Position numbers and translations under genes: made by a program. Of a stretch of 47,359 nucleotides of DNA, positions 11,274 to 21,279 are shown piece by piece. The stretch is from Halomonas sp. (GTDB taxonomy: Bacteria; Pseudomonadota; Gammaproteobacteria; Pseudomonadales; Halomonadaceae), in NCBI GenBank assembly GCA_007129225.1, contig SKVX01000169.1, positions 1 to 47,359 on the forward strand, in the 5' to 3' direction. The first letter of the stretch is position 1, and every line of letters begins with the position of its first letter. The notes below the pieces were generated by a model that saw nothing but the letters and a program-made list of their open reading frames with translations, searched no databases and was not told the origin of the DNA.

Positions 11274-11521
11274 ATGGCGGGGCAATTCCTGTTAGCTGGA
11301 TAAAAAAACAGATTATCGCCCAACCCAACAACGGAAAACAATGGGTTAGGGAATTCTTCAGGGCACTCGTCGTCGTTAGCAGCGAGGGCCGCCGGGGACA
11401 GGTCGAAGAGGGGGTCTTTTGCCAGGGAAGGCAAAAGTAGCGCCCAGGGAGGGGTTCACAGCGCCCCCTCGCAGACCTGTCGCCGGATCAGCCCGAGCGA
11501 GTCACCAGCGTGAAATGAGCG

Positions 11522-12073
11522 CTATTGCTCCTGCGCGGCCAGATACTCGTCCTTGAGCCTGACGTAGTTGCCCGCGGTATAGGGGAAGAAGGCGCGCTCG
11601 CTCTCCTTGATCGGCCGCATCGCCCGAGCCGGATTCCCCGCATAGACATGCCCGCTCTCCAGGCGCTTGCCCGGCGTCACCAACGCACCCGCGGCAATGA
11701 TCACTTCGTCCTCGACCACGGCGCCATCCATGACGATGGCTCCCATGCCCACCAGGATTCGGTTACCCAGCGTGCAGCCGTGCAGGACAGCCTTGTGGCC
11801 GATGGTCACGTCATCGCCGATGGTGAGCGGGAAGCCATCGGGATTGAAGTCGCTGGCATGGGTGATGTGCAACACGCTGCCATCCTGCACGCTGGTGCGC
11901 GCCCCGATACGAATGCGGTGCATGTCGCCGCGGATAACCGTCATGGGCCAGACCGAGCTGTCATCGCCCAGCACCACGTCGCCCAGCACCATGCTGGCCG
12001 GGTCCACGTAGACCCGCTGCCCCAGGCTCGGTGTCACGCCCCTCCAGCTGCGAATGGGGTTCCCTGCTTGCAT
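11522..12073 (-). CDS. gamma carbonic anhydrase family protein (YrdA-like)
   Basis: Start reassigned to ATG 12073; hexapeptide repeats, RGD, QDGSVLH, IGHKAVLHGC. Confidence 0.9.
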   Translation of the reverse strand: MQAGNPIRSWRGVTPSLGQRVYVDPASMVLGDVVLGDDSSVWPMTVIRGDMHRIRIGARTSVQDGSVLHITHASDFNPDGFPLTIGDDVTIGHKAVLHGCTLGNRILVGMGAIVMDGAVVEDEVIIAAGALVTPGKRLESGHVYAGNPARAMRPIKESERAFFPYTAGNYVRLKDEYLAAQEQ

Positions 12074-12108
12074 TTCGCCTCCTTGGCCAATGCGTTGGCC
12101 ATCACATG

Positions 12109-13449
12109 TCATAGCAGCCCGGCAGCCAGCACCAGGACCGTCAGTGGAATCGAAACCCAGCGTACCACTCCCAGCCAGAGGCGAAAGCCCGGCTCGCCGA
12201 CACCCAGGGCGCCACGGGCGGCCGCTCTCGGCATGACCCAAGCCGCGAAGACGGCTATCAGCAGGCCACCCACCGGCAGAAATATCTCGGTGGGAATGGT
12301 CGTCACCAGATCGAAGACATTCATGCCGGCCAGCGGACGCCATTCGGCCAGCGTCGAAAATGAGAGTACCGACAGCAGCCCCACCAGCCACACCGATACG
12401 CCAATGACCGCTGCGGACTGGCCGCGCCCAAGCCCCAGGCCCTGCAGCGTGGCGACCATCGGTTCGGCCAGGTTGATCGACGACGTCCAGGTCGCCAGCA
12501 GCAGCAGCAGGAAGAAAGTGCTCAACCACAGCGCGCCCCAGGGCAGTTCGGCGAAAGCCACCGGCAGCGTCACGAACATCAGGCCCGGTCCCTCGGCAGG
12601 GTCCATGCCCTGGGCGAACACCACCGAGAAGATGGCGATACCCGCGAGCAGGGCCACGCCCACGTCGAGAACAGCCACTGCCGCCGCGGCCCGCGGCAAG
12701 CTCTGGCGCTCGGGCATGTAGGCACCATAGGCCATCAGCGCACAGGCACCCACCGCCAGGGTAAAGAAGGCGTGGCCCATGGCATGCATCACGACGAGCG
12801 GCGTAATGGCCGTGAAGTCGGGCTGAAACAGCCAAGCCATGGCCGGCCGGAACCCCTCCGTGGTCGCCGCATAGCCGGCCAGCAGCAGAAGGAGCAAATA
12901 AAGCAGCGGCATCAGCAGATTGTTGAGCCGCTCGAGCCCCTTGGCCACGCCGGCGGCCACCACGCTCATTGTCATGAAGAGAAAAAGCGTATGATTGAAA
13001 GTCATGCGACGTGGATCGGCAAGGAAGGCGTCGAACCCGCCCCCGATCTCGGCGGCGCTGCGCCCCACGAAGTTGCCGTTGACCGACGCCACCAGAAACT
13101 CGATCGACCAGCCGGACACCACGGAGTAGAAGGAGAGAATGCAGAAGACCGTCAAGGCGCCGAAAAGCCCCAGCCAGCGCCAGTAGCCGCTGGCGCCGGC
13201 GGCGTTAGCGAGATATCCCAGCGACTGCATCGGCGAACGGCGGCCGGCGCGGCCGATCAGGATCTCTGCCATCATCACCGGCAACCCCAGCAGCAGCACG
13301 AACGCCACATAGAGCAGCAGGAAGGCGGCCCCGCCGTTCTCGCCTGTAATATAGGGAAAACGCCAGATATTTCCGAGCCCTACGGCTGCACCGGTCACCG
13401 CCAGAATAAAGGCCCGCCGTGTACTCCAGCGCTCCAGGGTTGCGTTCAT
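12109..13449 (-). CDS. sodium-dependent transporter, NSS/SNF family
   Basis: Signature GAAVGLGNIWRFPY..GENGG; multiple TM segments. Confidence 0.9.
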   Translation of the reverse strand: MNATLERWSTRRAFILAVTGAAVGLGNIWRFPYITGENGGAAFLLLYVAFVLLLGLPVMMAEILIGRAGRRSPMQSLGYLANAAGASGYWRWLGLFGALTVFCILSFYSVVSGWSIEFLVASVNGNFVGRSAAEIGGGFDAFLADPRRMTFNHTLFLFMTMSVVAAGVAKGLERLNNLLMPLLYLLLLLLAGYAATTEGFRPAMAWLFQPDFTAITPLVVMHAMGHAFFTLAVGACALMAYGAYMPERQSLPRAAAAVAVLDVGVALLAGIAIFSVVFAQGMDPAEGPGLMFVTLPVAFAELPWGALWLSTFFLLLLLATWTSSINLAEPMVATLQGLGLGRGQSAAVIGVSVWLVGLLSVLSFSTLAEWRPLAGMNVFDLVTTIPTEIFLPVGGLLIAVFAAWVMPRAAARGALGVGEPGFRLWLGVVRWVSIPLTVLVLAAGLL

Positions 13450-13619
13450 GCCATCGGCCTCTGCTTCGTGAAGGCCGCAAGCCTATCAGGCCGGCTCGAT
13501 GGCACCAAATCCATCGATATCCCGCAATGCATTGAAACCCGGCCAGTCCGGCCGCATCTAAAACCCATTACGTCGTACCCTGACAACCATCGATCATCAG
13601 CCCTGCCCGCGAGGTGTGC

Positions 13620-15671
13620 ATGTCCCACAATCCGCTGCTCGACGCCCACGACCTGCCACCCTTTGCCGATATTTCGCCGGCACATGTGGTACCCGCCATC
13701 GAAGAGCTGATCGCGGAGAATCGTGCCGCCATCGAGACCCTGGTCGCGCGAGCGCATCAGGAAACCCCGACCTGGGAGAGTCTCGCCGCACCGCTCGAGG
13801 CCCTCAACGACCGCCTCTCCCGGGCCTGGTCGCCGGTATCTCACCTCAACGGCACCATGAACACGCCCGAGCTTCGTGAAGCGTATCAGGCCTGCCTGGG
13901 TCAGCTCTCCGACTACAGCACCTGGCTGGGCCAGCACACGGGGCTGTGCCAGGCCTGGCAGGCGCTGAAGGAGGGGCCCGGCTGGGAGTCGCTGGATGAA
14001 GGTCAACGCCGCAGCATCGACAACACGTTGCGCGACTTCCACCTCGCCGGCGTCGACCTGCCCGCCGATAAGAAGCGCCGCTATGGCGAGATCAAGTCAC
14101 GGCTCTCCGAGCTTTCCAATACCTTCTCCAACCAGTTGCTGGATGCCACCCAGGCATGGCACAAGGACATCGACGATGTAGTCCAGCTGGCCGGTCTCCC
14201 GGAGAGCGCCCTGGCGACGCTTGCCGCCAACGCCGAGGCCAAGGGTGTGCGGGGCTATCGCATCACCCTCGATTTCCCCAGCTTCTATCCGGTACTGACC
14301 TTCGCCGACGACGCCTCACTGCGCCGGGAGGTCTACACGGCCTTCGTCACCCGCGCCTCCGATCAGGGGCCCAACGCCGGCGCGTACGACAACGCGCCGG
14401 TTATCGAGGAGACCCTGCGCCTGCGCCGCGAGCTGGCCGAGCTGCTTGGCTTTGCCACCTATGCCGACTACTCCCTGGCCACCAAGATGGCCGAGTCACC
14501 CCAGCAGGTGATCGATTTCCTGGACGACCTGGCCAGGCGCGCCGTGCCCCAGGCACGGGAGGAGTTCGATGAGCTGGCCGAGTTCGCCCGTAGCGAGCTG
14601 GGCATCGCCGAGCTTTCACCCTGGGACGTGGGCTATGCCAGTGAGAAGCTTCGCGAGGCTCGCCACGCCATTTCCCAGGAGCAGCTACGCCCCTACTTCC
14701 CTGCCCCCCGCGTGGTTGATGGATTGTTCCGGGTCGTCGAGCGCCTCTATGGCATCACTTTCCGGGAGGACGCCTCGGCCCCGCGCTATCACCCGGAGGT
14801 GCGCTACTTCCAGATCCTCGAGCACAGCCAGGTCATCGCCGGCTTCTATCTCGACCTTTACGCACGAGAAGGCAAGCGTGGCGGGGCCTGGATGGACGAG
14901 TGCCGGGTGCGGCGCAGCCGTGAAGATGGCTCACTGCAGCTGCCCGTAGCCTACCTGACCTGCAACTTCACCCGCCCGGTGGGCGACAGGCCGGCACTGC
15001 TGACCCATGACGAGGTCACCACCCTGTTCCACGAGTTCGGGCACGGACTGCATCATATGCTGACGCAACAGACCGTCGCCGATATCTCCGGCATCAATGG
15101 GGTGGCATGGGACGCCGTGGAGCTTCCGAGCCAGTTCATGGAGAATTTCTGCTGGGAACGCGAGGGGCTGGACCTGATTGCCGGCCACGTCGACACCGGC
15201 GAGCCGCTCCCGGCCGAATTGCTGGAGCGCCTGCAGGATGCCAGGAACTTTCAGTCGGCCATGGGCCTGGTTCGCCAGCTCGAATTCTCGCTGTTCGACC
15301 TGCGCCTGCACCATGAGCTTGCCGTCCCAACCGCCGCCGACGTGCAGGCGTTGCTCGATGAAGTACGTGCCGCCGTCTCGGTGGTACCCCGGGCCGATTT
15401 CAACCGCTTCCAGAACGGCTTCAGCCATGTCTTCGCCGGCGGTTACGCCGCAGGCTACTACAGCTACAAATGGGCCGAGGTACTCTCCGCCGATGCCTGG
15501 AGCGCCTTTGAGGAAGCGGGTATCTTCGATGTCGAGACCGGCCAGCGCTTCCGCCACGAGATACTCGAGCAGGGAGGCGCCCGGGATGCCGCCGAGCTGT
15601 TCCGGGCATTCCGGGGCCGCGAGCCCAGCGTCGAGCCGCTGTTGCGCCATAGCGGGATTCGTGCCGCCTGA
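13620..15671 (+). CDS. prlC: oligopeptidase A (peptidase M3)
   Basis: MSHNPLL start, KRGGAWM, HEFGH zinc motif, WDAVELPSQ, GGYAAGYYSYKWAE. Confidence 0.95.
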   Translation: MSHNPLLDAHDLPPFADISPAHVVPAIEELIAENRAAIETLVARAHQETPTWESLAAPLEALNDRLSRAWSPVSHLNGTMNTPELREAYQACLGQLSDYSTWLGQHTGLCQAWQALKEGPGWESLDEGQRRSIDNTLRDFHLAGVDLPADKKRRYGEIKSRLSELSNTFSNQLLDATQAWHKDIDDVVQLAGLPESALATLAANAEAKGVRGYRITLDFPSFYPVLTFADDASLRREVYTAFVTRASDQGPNAGAYDNAPVIEETLRLRRELAELLGFATYADYSLATKMAESPQQVIDFLDDLARRAVPQAREEFDELAEFARSELGIAELSPWDVGYASEKLREARHAISQEQLRPYFPAPRVVDGLFRVVERLYGITFREDASAPRYHPEVRYFQILEHSQVIAGFYLDLYAREGKRGGAWMDECRVRRSREDGSLQLPVAYLTCNFTRPVGDRPALLTHDEVTTLFHEFGHGLHHMLTQQTVADISGINGVAWDAVELPSQFMENFCWEREGLDLIAGHVDTGEPLPAELLERLQDARNFQSAMGLVRQLEFSLFDLRLHHELAVPTAADVQALLDEVRAAVSVVPRADFNRFQNGFSHVFAGGYAAGYYSYKWAEVLSADAWSAFEEAGIFDVETGQRFRHEILEQGGARDAAELFRAFRGREPSVEPLLRHSGIRAA

Positions 15672-15747
15672 TTCGATACCATGCAATGGGTATCATCGAC
15701 CGCCATCGGAGCATGTCCGCTCCGATGGCAGCCATACGGGAGTTTCC

Positions 15748-15993
15748 ATGGCTGTTCAGAAACGCTTTATCGCCGGCGCCATCTGTCCGCGCTGCGCCGA
15801 GATGGACCGCATCCGCGCCTGGGAGCAGAATGGCATTCGCTACCGAGACTGCGTCAGCTGCGACTTCTTCGAGCAGGCACCCATCGAGGACGATGCCCAT
15901 TCGGAGCTGGAAACCCGGGTCAACCGGGAGCGTGAGGAGCAGCGTTCCAACACGATTCAGACCGTCAGGATTCTCGACCCCAAAGGGCGCTGA
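15748..15993 (+). CDS. YheV family zinc-ribbon protein
   Basis: KRFIAGAICPRC...CVSCD; ATG 15748 with upstream GGAG; typical position after prlC. Confidence 0.85.
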   Translation: MAVQKRFIAGAICPRCAEMDRIRAWEQNGIRYRDCVSCDFFEQAPIEDDAHSELETRVNREREEQRSNTIQTVRILDPKGR

Positions 15994-15995
15994 GC

Positions 15996-17723
15996 GTGCC
16001 CGCCAAGGAAGTCGCACTTAACGCACCACTGCCCCGGGCCATGCGGCGGCGCCTGGAACTGCTCGGGCTGTTTGCTGCAACGGCGCTGCTGCTGGCACGC
16101 CCCGACCTTGCCACCCTGGCGGCGGGGCTTGGCCTGTTCCTTTGGGGCATGTCCCACCTTGAGGAAGGGGTCAAGCGGCTCTCCGGCGGCACGCTCGACC
16201 GCTGGCTGCATAACGCCACCCGAAGCCCTGCACGGGCCATCGGCGTGGGCGCGCTAGCCACCGCCCTGGTGCAGTCCAGCTCGCTGATCACGCTACTCGC
16301 CATGTCCTTCGTCGGCGCAGGACTGGTCAGCCTGACCGGGGCGATTGCCCTGCTGTTCGGTGCCAACCTGGGCACCACCACCGGCGCCTGGCTCATCGCC
16401 AGCGCCGGCCTGCGCTTTGACCTGGCTCACTACGCCATGCCCCTGCTGGCGCTAGGGCTGCTCGGCAACCGTCTCTCAAGCAGCGCCCTGGCCAGTATTG
16501 CCGGCCTGGTGCTGGGCATCGGGCTGCTCTTCCTGGGCATCGATTTCATGAAGCTGGGCTTCGAGACCTGGCAGGACGGCCTCAGGCTCGACGACCTGGT
16601 CGGGAGCCGGCCTTGGCACTGGCCCCTGTTCGTGCTGTTCGGCATCATTGCCACCGTGGTCATGCAATCAAGCCATGCCACCCTACTGCTGACCTTGACC
16701 GCCCTGGCCTCGGGACAACTCCCCTACCTCCCGGCCCTGGCCATCGCCATTGGTGCCAATGTAGGCACCACGGTGACGGCGGTACTGGGCGCCCTGGCCG
16801 CCGGGGCGGCCGCGCGTCGCCTGGCCGGTGCCCATGTGGTCTTCAACCTGGTCACCGCGGCCATTGCCCTGCTGCTCCTGATGCCCCTTGCCTGGCTGGT
16901 CGATGTCATTGCAGCAATCAGCGGCATGGCGGCCACCGCCTGGCCACTCAAGCTGGCGCTGTTTCATACACTGTTCAACCTGCTGGGTATCGTGGTCATG
17001 CTGCCTCTGATTCCTCGCCTGGCGAATGCACTGGAGCGCCGCTTTCCGGAGCCTGCTCGCCTGCCCCCCGCCCAGGCCCGCTATCTGGACAAGGCCGCGC
17101 TGGAGCACGCCGATACCGCCGTCGCCGCCATGGAGCAGGAGTGCCAGCGTCTCAACCGTCGTGCCTATCACCTCCTCTGCACGGCCATCCTGCTACCCAG
17201 TGCCGATGTCATCGGTCACCCACCGCAGCGCGAGACTGTCGACACAAGCATCGACCCCACCGCCTGGCCCGCCGTCAATGTCCGCTATCACGAACGAATC
17301 AAGCCACTTCTGGCCGAGATTCTCGCCTTCCATTCGCTGATCGATACGCCCCTGACCGACGAACAGCGGACGCATCTGGATAACCTTCGGGACCAGACGC
17401 TACGCATGGTGGAAGCCGTGCGTTTCGGTGAAGTGTTGCAGCGCAGCCTGCTGCGCCATTCGGCGCGAACCAGCCCCCTGCGGGACGCCCATGACGACCT
17501 CCGCCTGGCCCTTGCCCTTGGCCTGAACAGATTGGCCGAAGAGCCCGAGGCTTCCGATATCGGCAACCCGGTACAGGCCGTTCGCTACCGCTGGCAGCGT
17601 GAGCTCGCCGAGCGACTCCGCCAGCAGCGACTCGATCCCTGGCTCGCCTCTACGCTCATGAATGACCTGCACCAGGCGAGCCGCCTGATTGCCGCCCTGG
17701 CCGCCTCGCCCCAGGCCTCGTGA
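15996..17723 (+). CDS. Na/Pi cotransporter family protein
   Basis: Repeated QSSS/QSSH and GANLGTT/GANVGTT motifs, TM-rich N-terminal half, helical C-terminal domain; start uncertain (alternative ATG 16041). Confidence 0.85.
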   Translation: MPAKEVALNAPLPRAMRRRLELLGLFAATALLLARPDLATLAAGLGLFLWGMSHLEEGVKRLSGGTLDRWLHNATRSPARAIGVGALATALVQSSSLITLLAMSFVGAGLVSLTGAIALLFGANLGTTTGAWLIASAGLRFDLAHYAMPLLALGLLGNRLSSSALASIAGLVLGIGLLFLGIDFMKLGFETWQDGLRLDDLVGSRPWHWPLFVLFGIIATVVMQSSHATLLLTLTALASGQLPYLPALAIAIGANVGTTVTAVLGALAAGAAARRLAGAHVVFNLVTAAIALLLLMPLAWLVDVIAAISGMAATAWPLKLALFHTLFNLLGIVVMLPLIPRLANALERRFPEPARLPPAQARYLDKAALEHADTAVAAMEQECQRLNRRAYHLLCTAILLPSADVIGHPPQRETVDTSIDPTAWPAVNVRYHERIKPLLAEILAFHSLIDTPLTDEQRTHLDNLRDQTLRMVEAVRFGEVLQRSLLRHSARTSPLRDAHDDLRLALALGLNRLAEEPEASDIGNPVQAVRYRWQRELAERLRQQRLDPWLASTLMNDLHQASRLIAALAASPQAS

Positions 17724-17730
17724 CCCGAAG

Positions 17731-17780
17731 TGTGCGGAAATCCGCACTCACCCAGCCCCTTGCGTGCGGCATCCCAGCCA
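17731..17780. promoter_or_regulatory. DctD-type upstream activating sequence (two sites)
   Basis: TGTGCGGAAATCCGCACT at 17731-17748 (dyad GTGCGG-N4-CCGCAC, resembling rhizobial dctA enhancers as I recall them); weaker CGTGCGGCATCCCAGCCA 32 bp downstream. Confidence 0.65.
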
Positions 17781-17857
17781 GAGCGGGGGCTGAGGCTTGC
17801 GACCTTCGTCGATAAACGATTTCACAACCACCTGAGCAGCTAGCACTTTTCGTTTCA

Positions 17858-17873
17858 AGGCACGCCGATTGCC
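17858..17873 (+). promoter_or_regulatory. sigma54 -24/-12 promoter
   Basis: AGGCACGCCGATTGCC: GG(17859-60)-N10-GC(17871-72), with GGCAC and TTGC matching consensus. Confidence 0.75.
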
Positions 17874-17969
17874 TATACTGGGTGTTGTACGCCAGAATTT
17901 TCTGGAGCGTTTCGTGATCATCTTGAGAGCGCTACGCTTTCATAACGACAAATCGATTGGAGTGACACC

Positions 17970-18953
17970 ATGCGACATGCAGCATCCAAGCTGATCGTAA
18001 CCACCTGCCTGAGCGCTGCCCTTGTAGCGACGGGAGTCCAGGCCGATGACCGCGAGGATTGGCCCAGCAGCCTGACCGTGGGCACTGCCAGCCAGGGCGG
18101 AACCTACTATATCTACGGTTCCGGCTGGGCCAACATGGTTGGCGACGCCCTCGGCGTTTCCTTCGGCGCGGAAGTGACCGGCGGCCCGGTCCAGAACGCC
18201 ACCCTGGTCCAGATGGGCGAACACGACTTCGGCATGGTCACCATGGGCCCGGCCTACCAGGCCTGGATCGGTGAGAGCGAGCTGGCGCCGGGCATGGAGC
18301 ACACCGACATGCGCGCCGTCTTCCCGATGTACCAGACCACCCTGCAGATCATCACCCTGCAAGGCTCCGATATCACCTCCGTCTCCGACCTGGACGGCAA
18401 GACCGTGGGCGTAGGTCCGGCCGGCGGCACGTCGGACATGTACTACCCACAGCTGTTCGACAAGCTCGGTCTCGACGTCGACACCCGCAACGGTGGCGCC
18501 TCCGACCAGGCAGGCCAGCTTCAGGATGGCCTGATCGATGCCTTCGCCTTCGCCGCCGGCGTGCCGATCTCCGCCTTCAGCCAGCTCGAAGCCCAGGCCA
18601 ACGTCAACATCTTCTCCTTCTCCGAAGACGAGATGGGACAGTTCCTGGGCGACTATCCCGAGCTGTCGCCTGCGGCGATTCCAGCATCCGTCTACAACAG
18701 CCTGGAAGAAGACCTGCCGGCCGTCTCGATCTGGAACTTCGCCATCACTCATCAGGACATGCCGGAGTCACTGGTCTATGAAGTGACCAAGACCGTGATG
18801 GAGAACCAGGAGCGCATGCAGCAGATCCACGGCGCCGCGCGCGAGACCGTGCCCGAGAACTTCGAGCACAACACCTTCCTGCCCTGGCATCCGGGTGCTG
18901 TGCGCTGGTTCGAAGAGAACGGCTACGACATCCCGGAAGATCTGCGCGGCTGA
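17970..18953 (+). CDS. TAXI-family TRAP solute-binding protein 1
   Basis: Signal peptide, GTASQGGTYY, TGGPVQN, VGVGPAGGT, PWHPGAVRWF. Confidence 0.9.
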   Translation: MRHAASKLIVTTCLSAALVATGVQADDREDWPSSLTVGTASQGGTYYIYGSGWANMVGDALGVSFGAEVTGGPVQNATLVQMGEHDFGMVTMGPAYQAWIGESELAPGMEHTDMRAVFPMYQTTLQIITLQGSDITSVSDLDGKTVGVGPAGGTSDMYYPQLFDKLGLDVDTRNGGASDQAGQLQDGLIDAFAFAAGVPISAFSQLEAQANVNIFSFSEDEMGQFLGDYPELSPAAIPASVYNSLEEDLPAVSIWNFAITHQDMPESLVYEVTKTVMENQERMQQIHGAARETVPENFEHNTFLPWHPGAVRWFEENGYDIPEDLRG

Positions 18954-18972
18954 GTTCACTCAGCGCGCCAAC

Positions 18973-18996
18973 GACGCCGGCCTACGTGCCGGCGTC
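18973..18996 (+). other. intercistronic stem-loop after SBP gene
   Basis: GACGCCGGC-CTACGT-GCCGGCGTC with no U tract; likely mRNA-stabilising or attenuating. Confidence 0.55.
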
Positions 18997-19044
18997 AACG
19001 CCTCGCCCCTAGGCAGGCATCCGTAACCTTCTAGGCACTCCGGC

Positions 19045-21204
19045 ATGACTCACGAAACCCAACCCAATGAAGCCGCACCCAAGATCGGCACAGATGGGGT
19101 CGCTGATATCCCCATCGCACATAACGAGCGCGCACTCTCCGGCCTGGTCGGCCAGACAGTCTTTGCCGCCTGTGTGCTGTTCACGGCCATGCACCTCTAT
19201 GCGCTCAATGTCTCTCCCATCGAGACCTGGACATTTCGCATCATCCACGTGGCCGGTGGCCTCGCCGTCGGCTTTGCCATCACCGCGGCCATGACCCTGG
19301 ATCGCAGCCCCGAGCCGGTGCGCATCAACCGCCTCGAGTGGTTTGCCCTGATTCCCGCGGCCGCCGCCATCGCCTATGCCACCTTCACGATTCTCTATGC
19401 CTGGTACATGCGCGAAACCGGCACGCCGCCCGCCAACTGGCTCGTCGTTCACCTGAGCTGGTCGCTGGTATTCGCCACCACCATTGCCCTGGTCAGCAGC
19501 TGGATATGGCGTAGCTCCAGCCGCTCTATCCACTGGGCCGATGCCATCCTGATCGTCGCGTCGATCCTCGTTGCGGCTTACCTGGTTCTCGTGCTCAATC
19601 GCTGGCGCATGGCCGCCGGCACCCCCTTTGCCGGGCAGACAGAATTCATGATCGCGGCCGTGGGTGTGGCACTGATCATGGAACTGACCCGTCGCGTGGC
19701 CGGCCTCGCATTGATCATCATCACCGGTGTCTTCCTGGCCTATGCCTTCGCCGGGCCCTACCTGCCGGGCCTTCTCGAACATCGCGGTTACTCGGCTTCG
19801 CGCTTCTTCACCTATCTCTACACCGACAACGGCATCCTCGGCCCGACCACCGCCGTATCGTCGACGTACATTATTCTCTTCATCACCTTTGCCGCCTTCC
19901 TGCAGGCCTCCAAGGTGGGTGACTACTTCATCAACTTTGCCTTCGCCGCCGCCGGTCGCGCCAGGGGCGGCCCGGCCAAGGTCGCCGTCTTCGCCTCCGG
20001 CCTGATGGGCATGATCAACGGCACCTCCGCCGGCAACGTGGTGGCCACCGGTTCGCTGACCATCCCGCTGATGAAGAAGGTGGGCTACCATCCCCGCAGT
20101 GCCGGCGGCATCGAGGCCGCCGCCTCCACCGGTGGCCAGATCGTGCCGCCGATCATGGGCGCCGGCGCCTTCATCATGGCCGAGATCACCGGTATTCCCT
20201 ACACCGAGATCGCCGTTGCCGCGCTGATTCCCGCCGCGCTCTACTTCCTCTCCATCTACCTGATGGTCGACCTGGAAGCACGCCGCGACGGCATGGAGGG
20301 CATGAGCAAGGACGAGATCCCGCAGTTCCGCAAGCTGGTCAAGCAGGTCTACCTCTTCCTGCCCATCATCATCCTGATCGGCACCCTGTTCATGGGCTAC
20401 TCGGTGATCCGTGCCGGCACCCTGGCCATGGTCAGCGCCGCCGTCGTCTCCTGGTTCACCCCACACTGGATGGGGCCCAAGGCGCTGCTTAACGCCCTGT
20501 CGCTGGGTGCACGCATGGCCATTCCGCTGATCGCCGTCTGTGCCTGTGCCGGGATCATCGTCGGTGTCATCTCGCTGACCGGGGTCGGTGCCCGCTTCGC
20601 CTCCATGTTGCTGGGCATCGCCGACGCCAGTCATCTGCTCGCACTCTTCTTCGCCATGTGTATCTCGATCCTGCTGGGCATGGGCATGCCCACCACCGCG
20701 GCCTACGCGGTTGCCGCCTCGGTGGTCGCCCCCGGCCTGCAGCAGATCGGCATTCCACCGCTGGTCGCACACTTCTTCGTGTTCTACTACGCGGTGCTCT
20801 CGGCGATAACACCGCCGGTGGCCCTGGCCGGCTATGCCGCCGCGGCGATCGCCGGGACCGACCCGCTGAAGACGGCCATGACCTCCTTCAAGTTCGGCCT
20901 GGCCGCCTTCATCGTGCCCTTCATGTTCTTCTACAGCCCGGCACTGCTGATGGACGGTACCTGGACGCAGATCCTGCGCGTTGCCATCACCGCCGGGGTG
21001 GGCATCTATCTGCTGGCCGCCGCCGTTCAGGGGTGGTTCCTCAACGGCATCGCCAACCTCGTCCAGCGCGTCCTGCTCCTCGGTGCGGCGCTGTCGATGA
21101 TCGCGGGTGGCTGGATGACCGATCTGGTCGGGCTGGGTATCGGTGGGCTGGTGTTCGTCTGGCAGGCGGCGGCGCTGAAGGCCAATCCCAAGACCTCGGC
21201 CTGA
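19045..21204 (+). CDS. TRAP transporter fused permease (4TM/12TM, TAXI-associated)
   Basis: 719 aa polytopic protein; GGPAKVAV, EAAASTGGQIVPPIMGAGAF, LGMGMPTTAAY, ITPPVALA. Confidence 0.92.
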   Translation: MTHETQPNEAAPKIGTDGVADIPIAHNERALSGLVGQTVFAACVLFTAMHLYALNVSPIETWTFRIIHVAGGLAVGFAITAAMTLDRSPEPVRINRLEWFALIPAAAAIAYATFTILYAWYMRETGTPPANWLVVHLSWSLVFATTIALVSSWIWRSSSRSIHWADAILIVASILVAAYLVLVLNRWRMAAGTPFAGQTEFMIAAVGVALIMELTRRVAGLALIIITGVFLAYAFAGPYLPGLLEHRGYSASRFFTYLYTDNGILGPTTAVSSTYIILFITFAAFLQASKVGDYFINFAFAAAGRARGGPAKVAVFASGLMGMINGTSAGNVVATGSLTIPLMKKVGYHPRSAGGIEAAASTGGQIVPPIMGAGAFIMAEITGIPYTEIAVAALIPAALYFLSIYLMVDLEARRDGMEGMSKDEIPQFRKLVKQVYLFLPIIILIGTLFMGYSVIRAGTLAMVSAAVVSWFTPHWMGPKALLNALSLGARMAIPLIAVCACAGIIVGVISLTGVGARFASMLLGIADASHLLALFFAMCISILLGMGMPTTAAYAVAASVVAPGLQQIGIPPLVAHFFVFYYAVLSAITPPVALAGYAAAAIAGTDPLKTAMTSFKFGLAAFIVPFMFFYSPALLMDGTWTQILRVAITAGVGIYLLAAAVQGWFLNGIANLVQRVLLLGAALSMIAGGWMTDLVGLGIGGLVFVWQAAALKANPKTSA

Positions 21205-21279
21205 GCCGAGGTCGGGCGTGAGTCAAGGTGGCCTTCACCACCTTGGCTTTACCGCCACCGCAGTGACAGGAGGTGTGCC

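Noticed and set aside
11286-11521. AT-rich patch with IHF-like AAACAATGGGTTA near dctD as a possible DctD target promoter
   Set aside because: No GG-N10-GC element or DctD dyad noticed; likely just the hydrolase promoter region.
12074-12835. Long N-terminal extension of the gamma-CA ORF, an apparent fusion
   Set aside because: Alternative frame of the NSS transporter; an SD (AGGAGG) precedes ATG 12073.
19009-20772. 587-aa antisense ORF over the TRAP permease, and similar long antisense ORFs over lutB, tkt, pgk, fba, dgt and ntrC
   Set aside because: Typical shadow ORFs in a GC-rich genome, with no family motifs.
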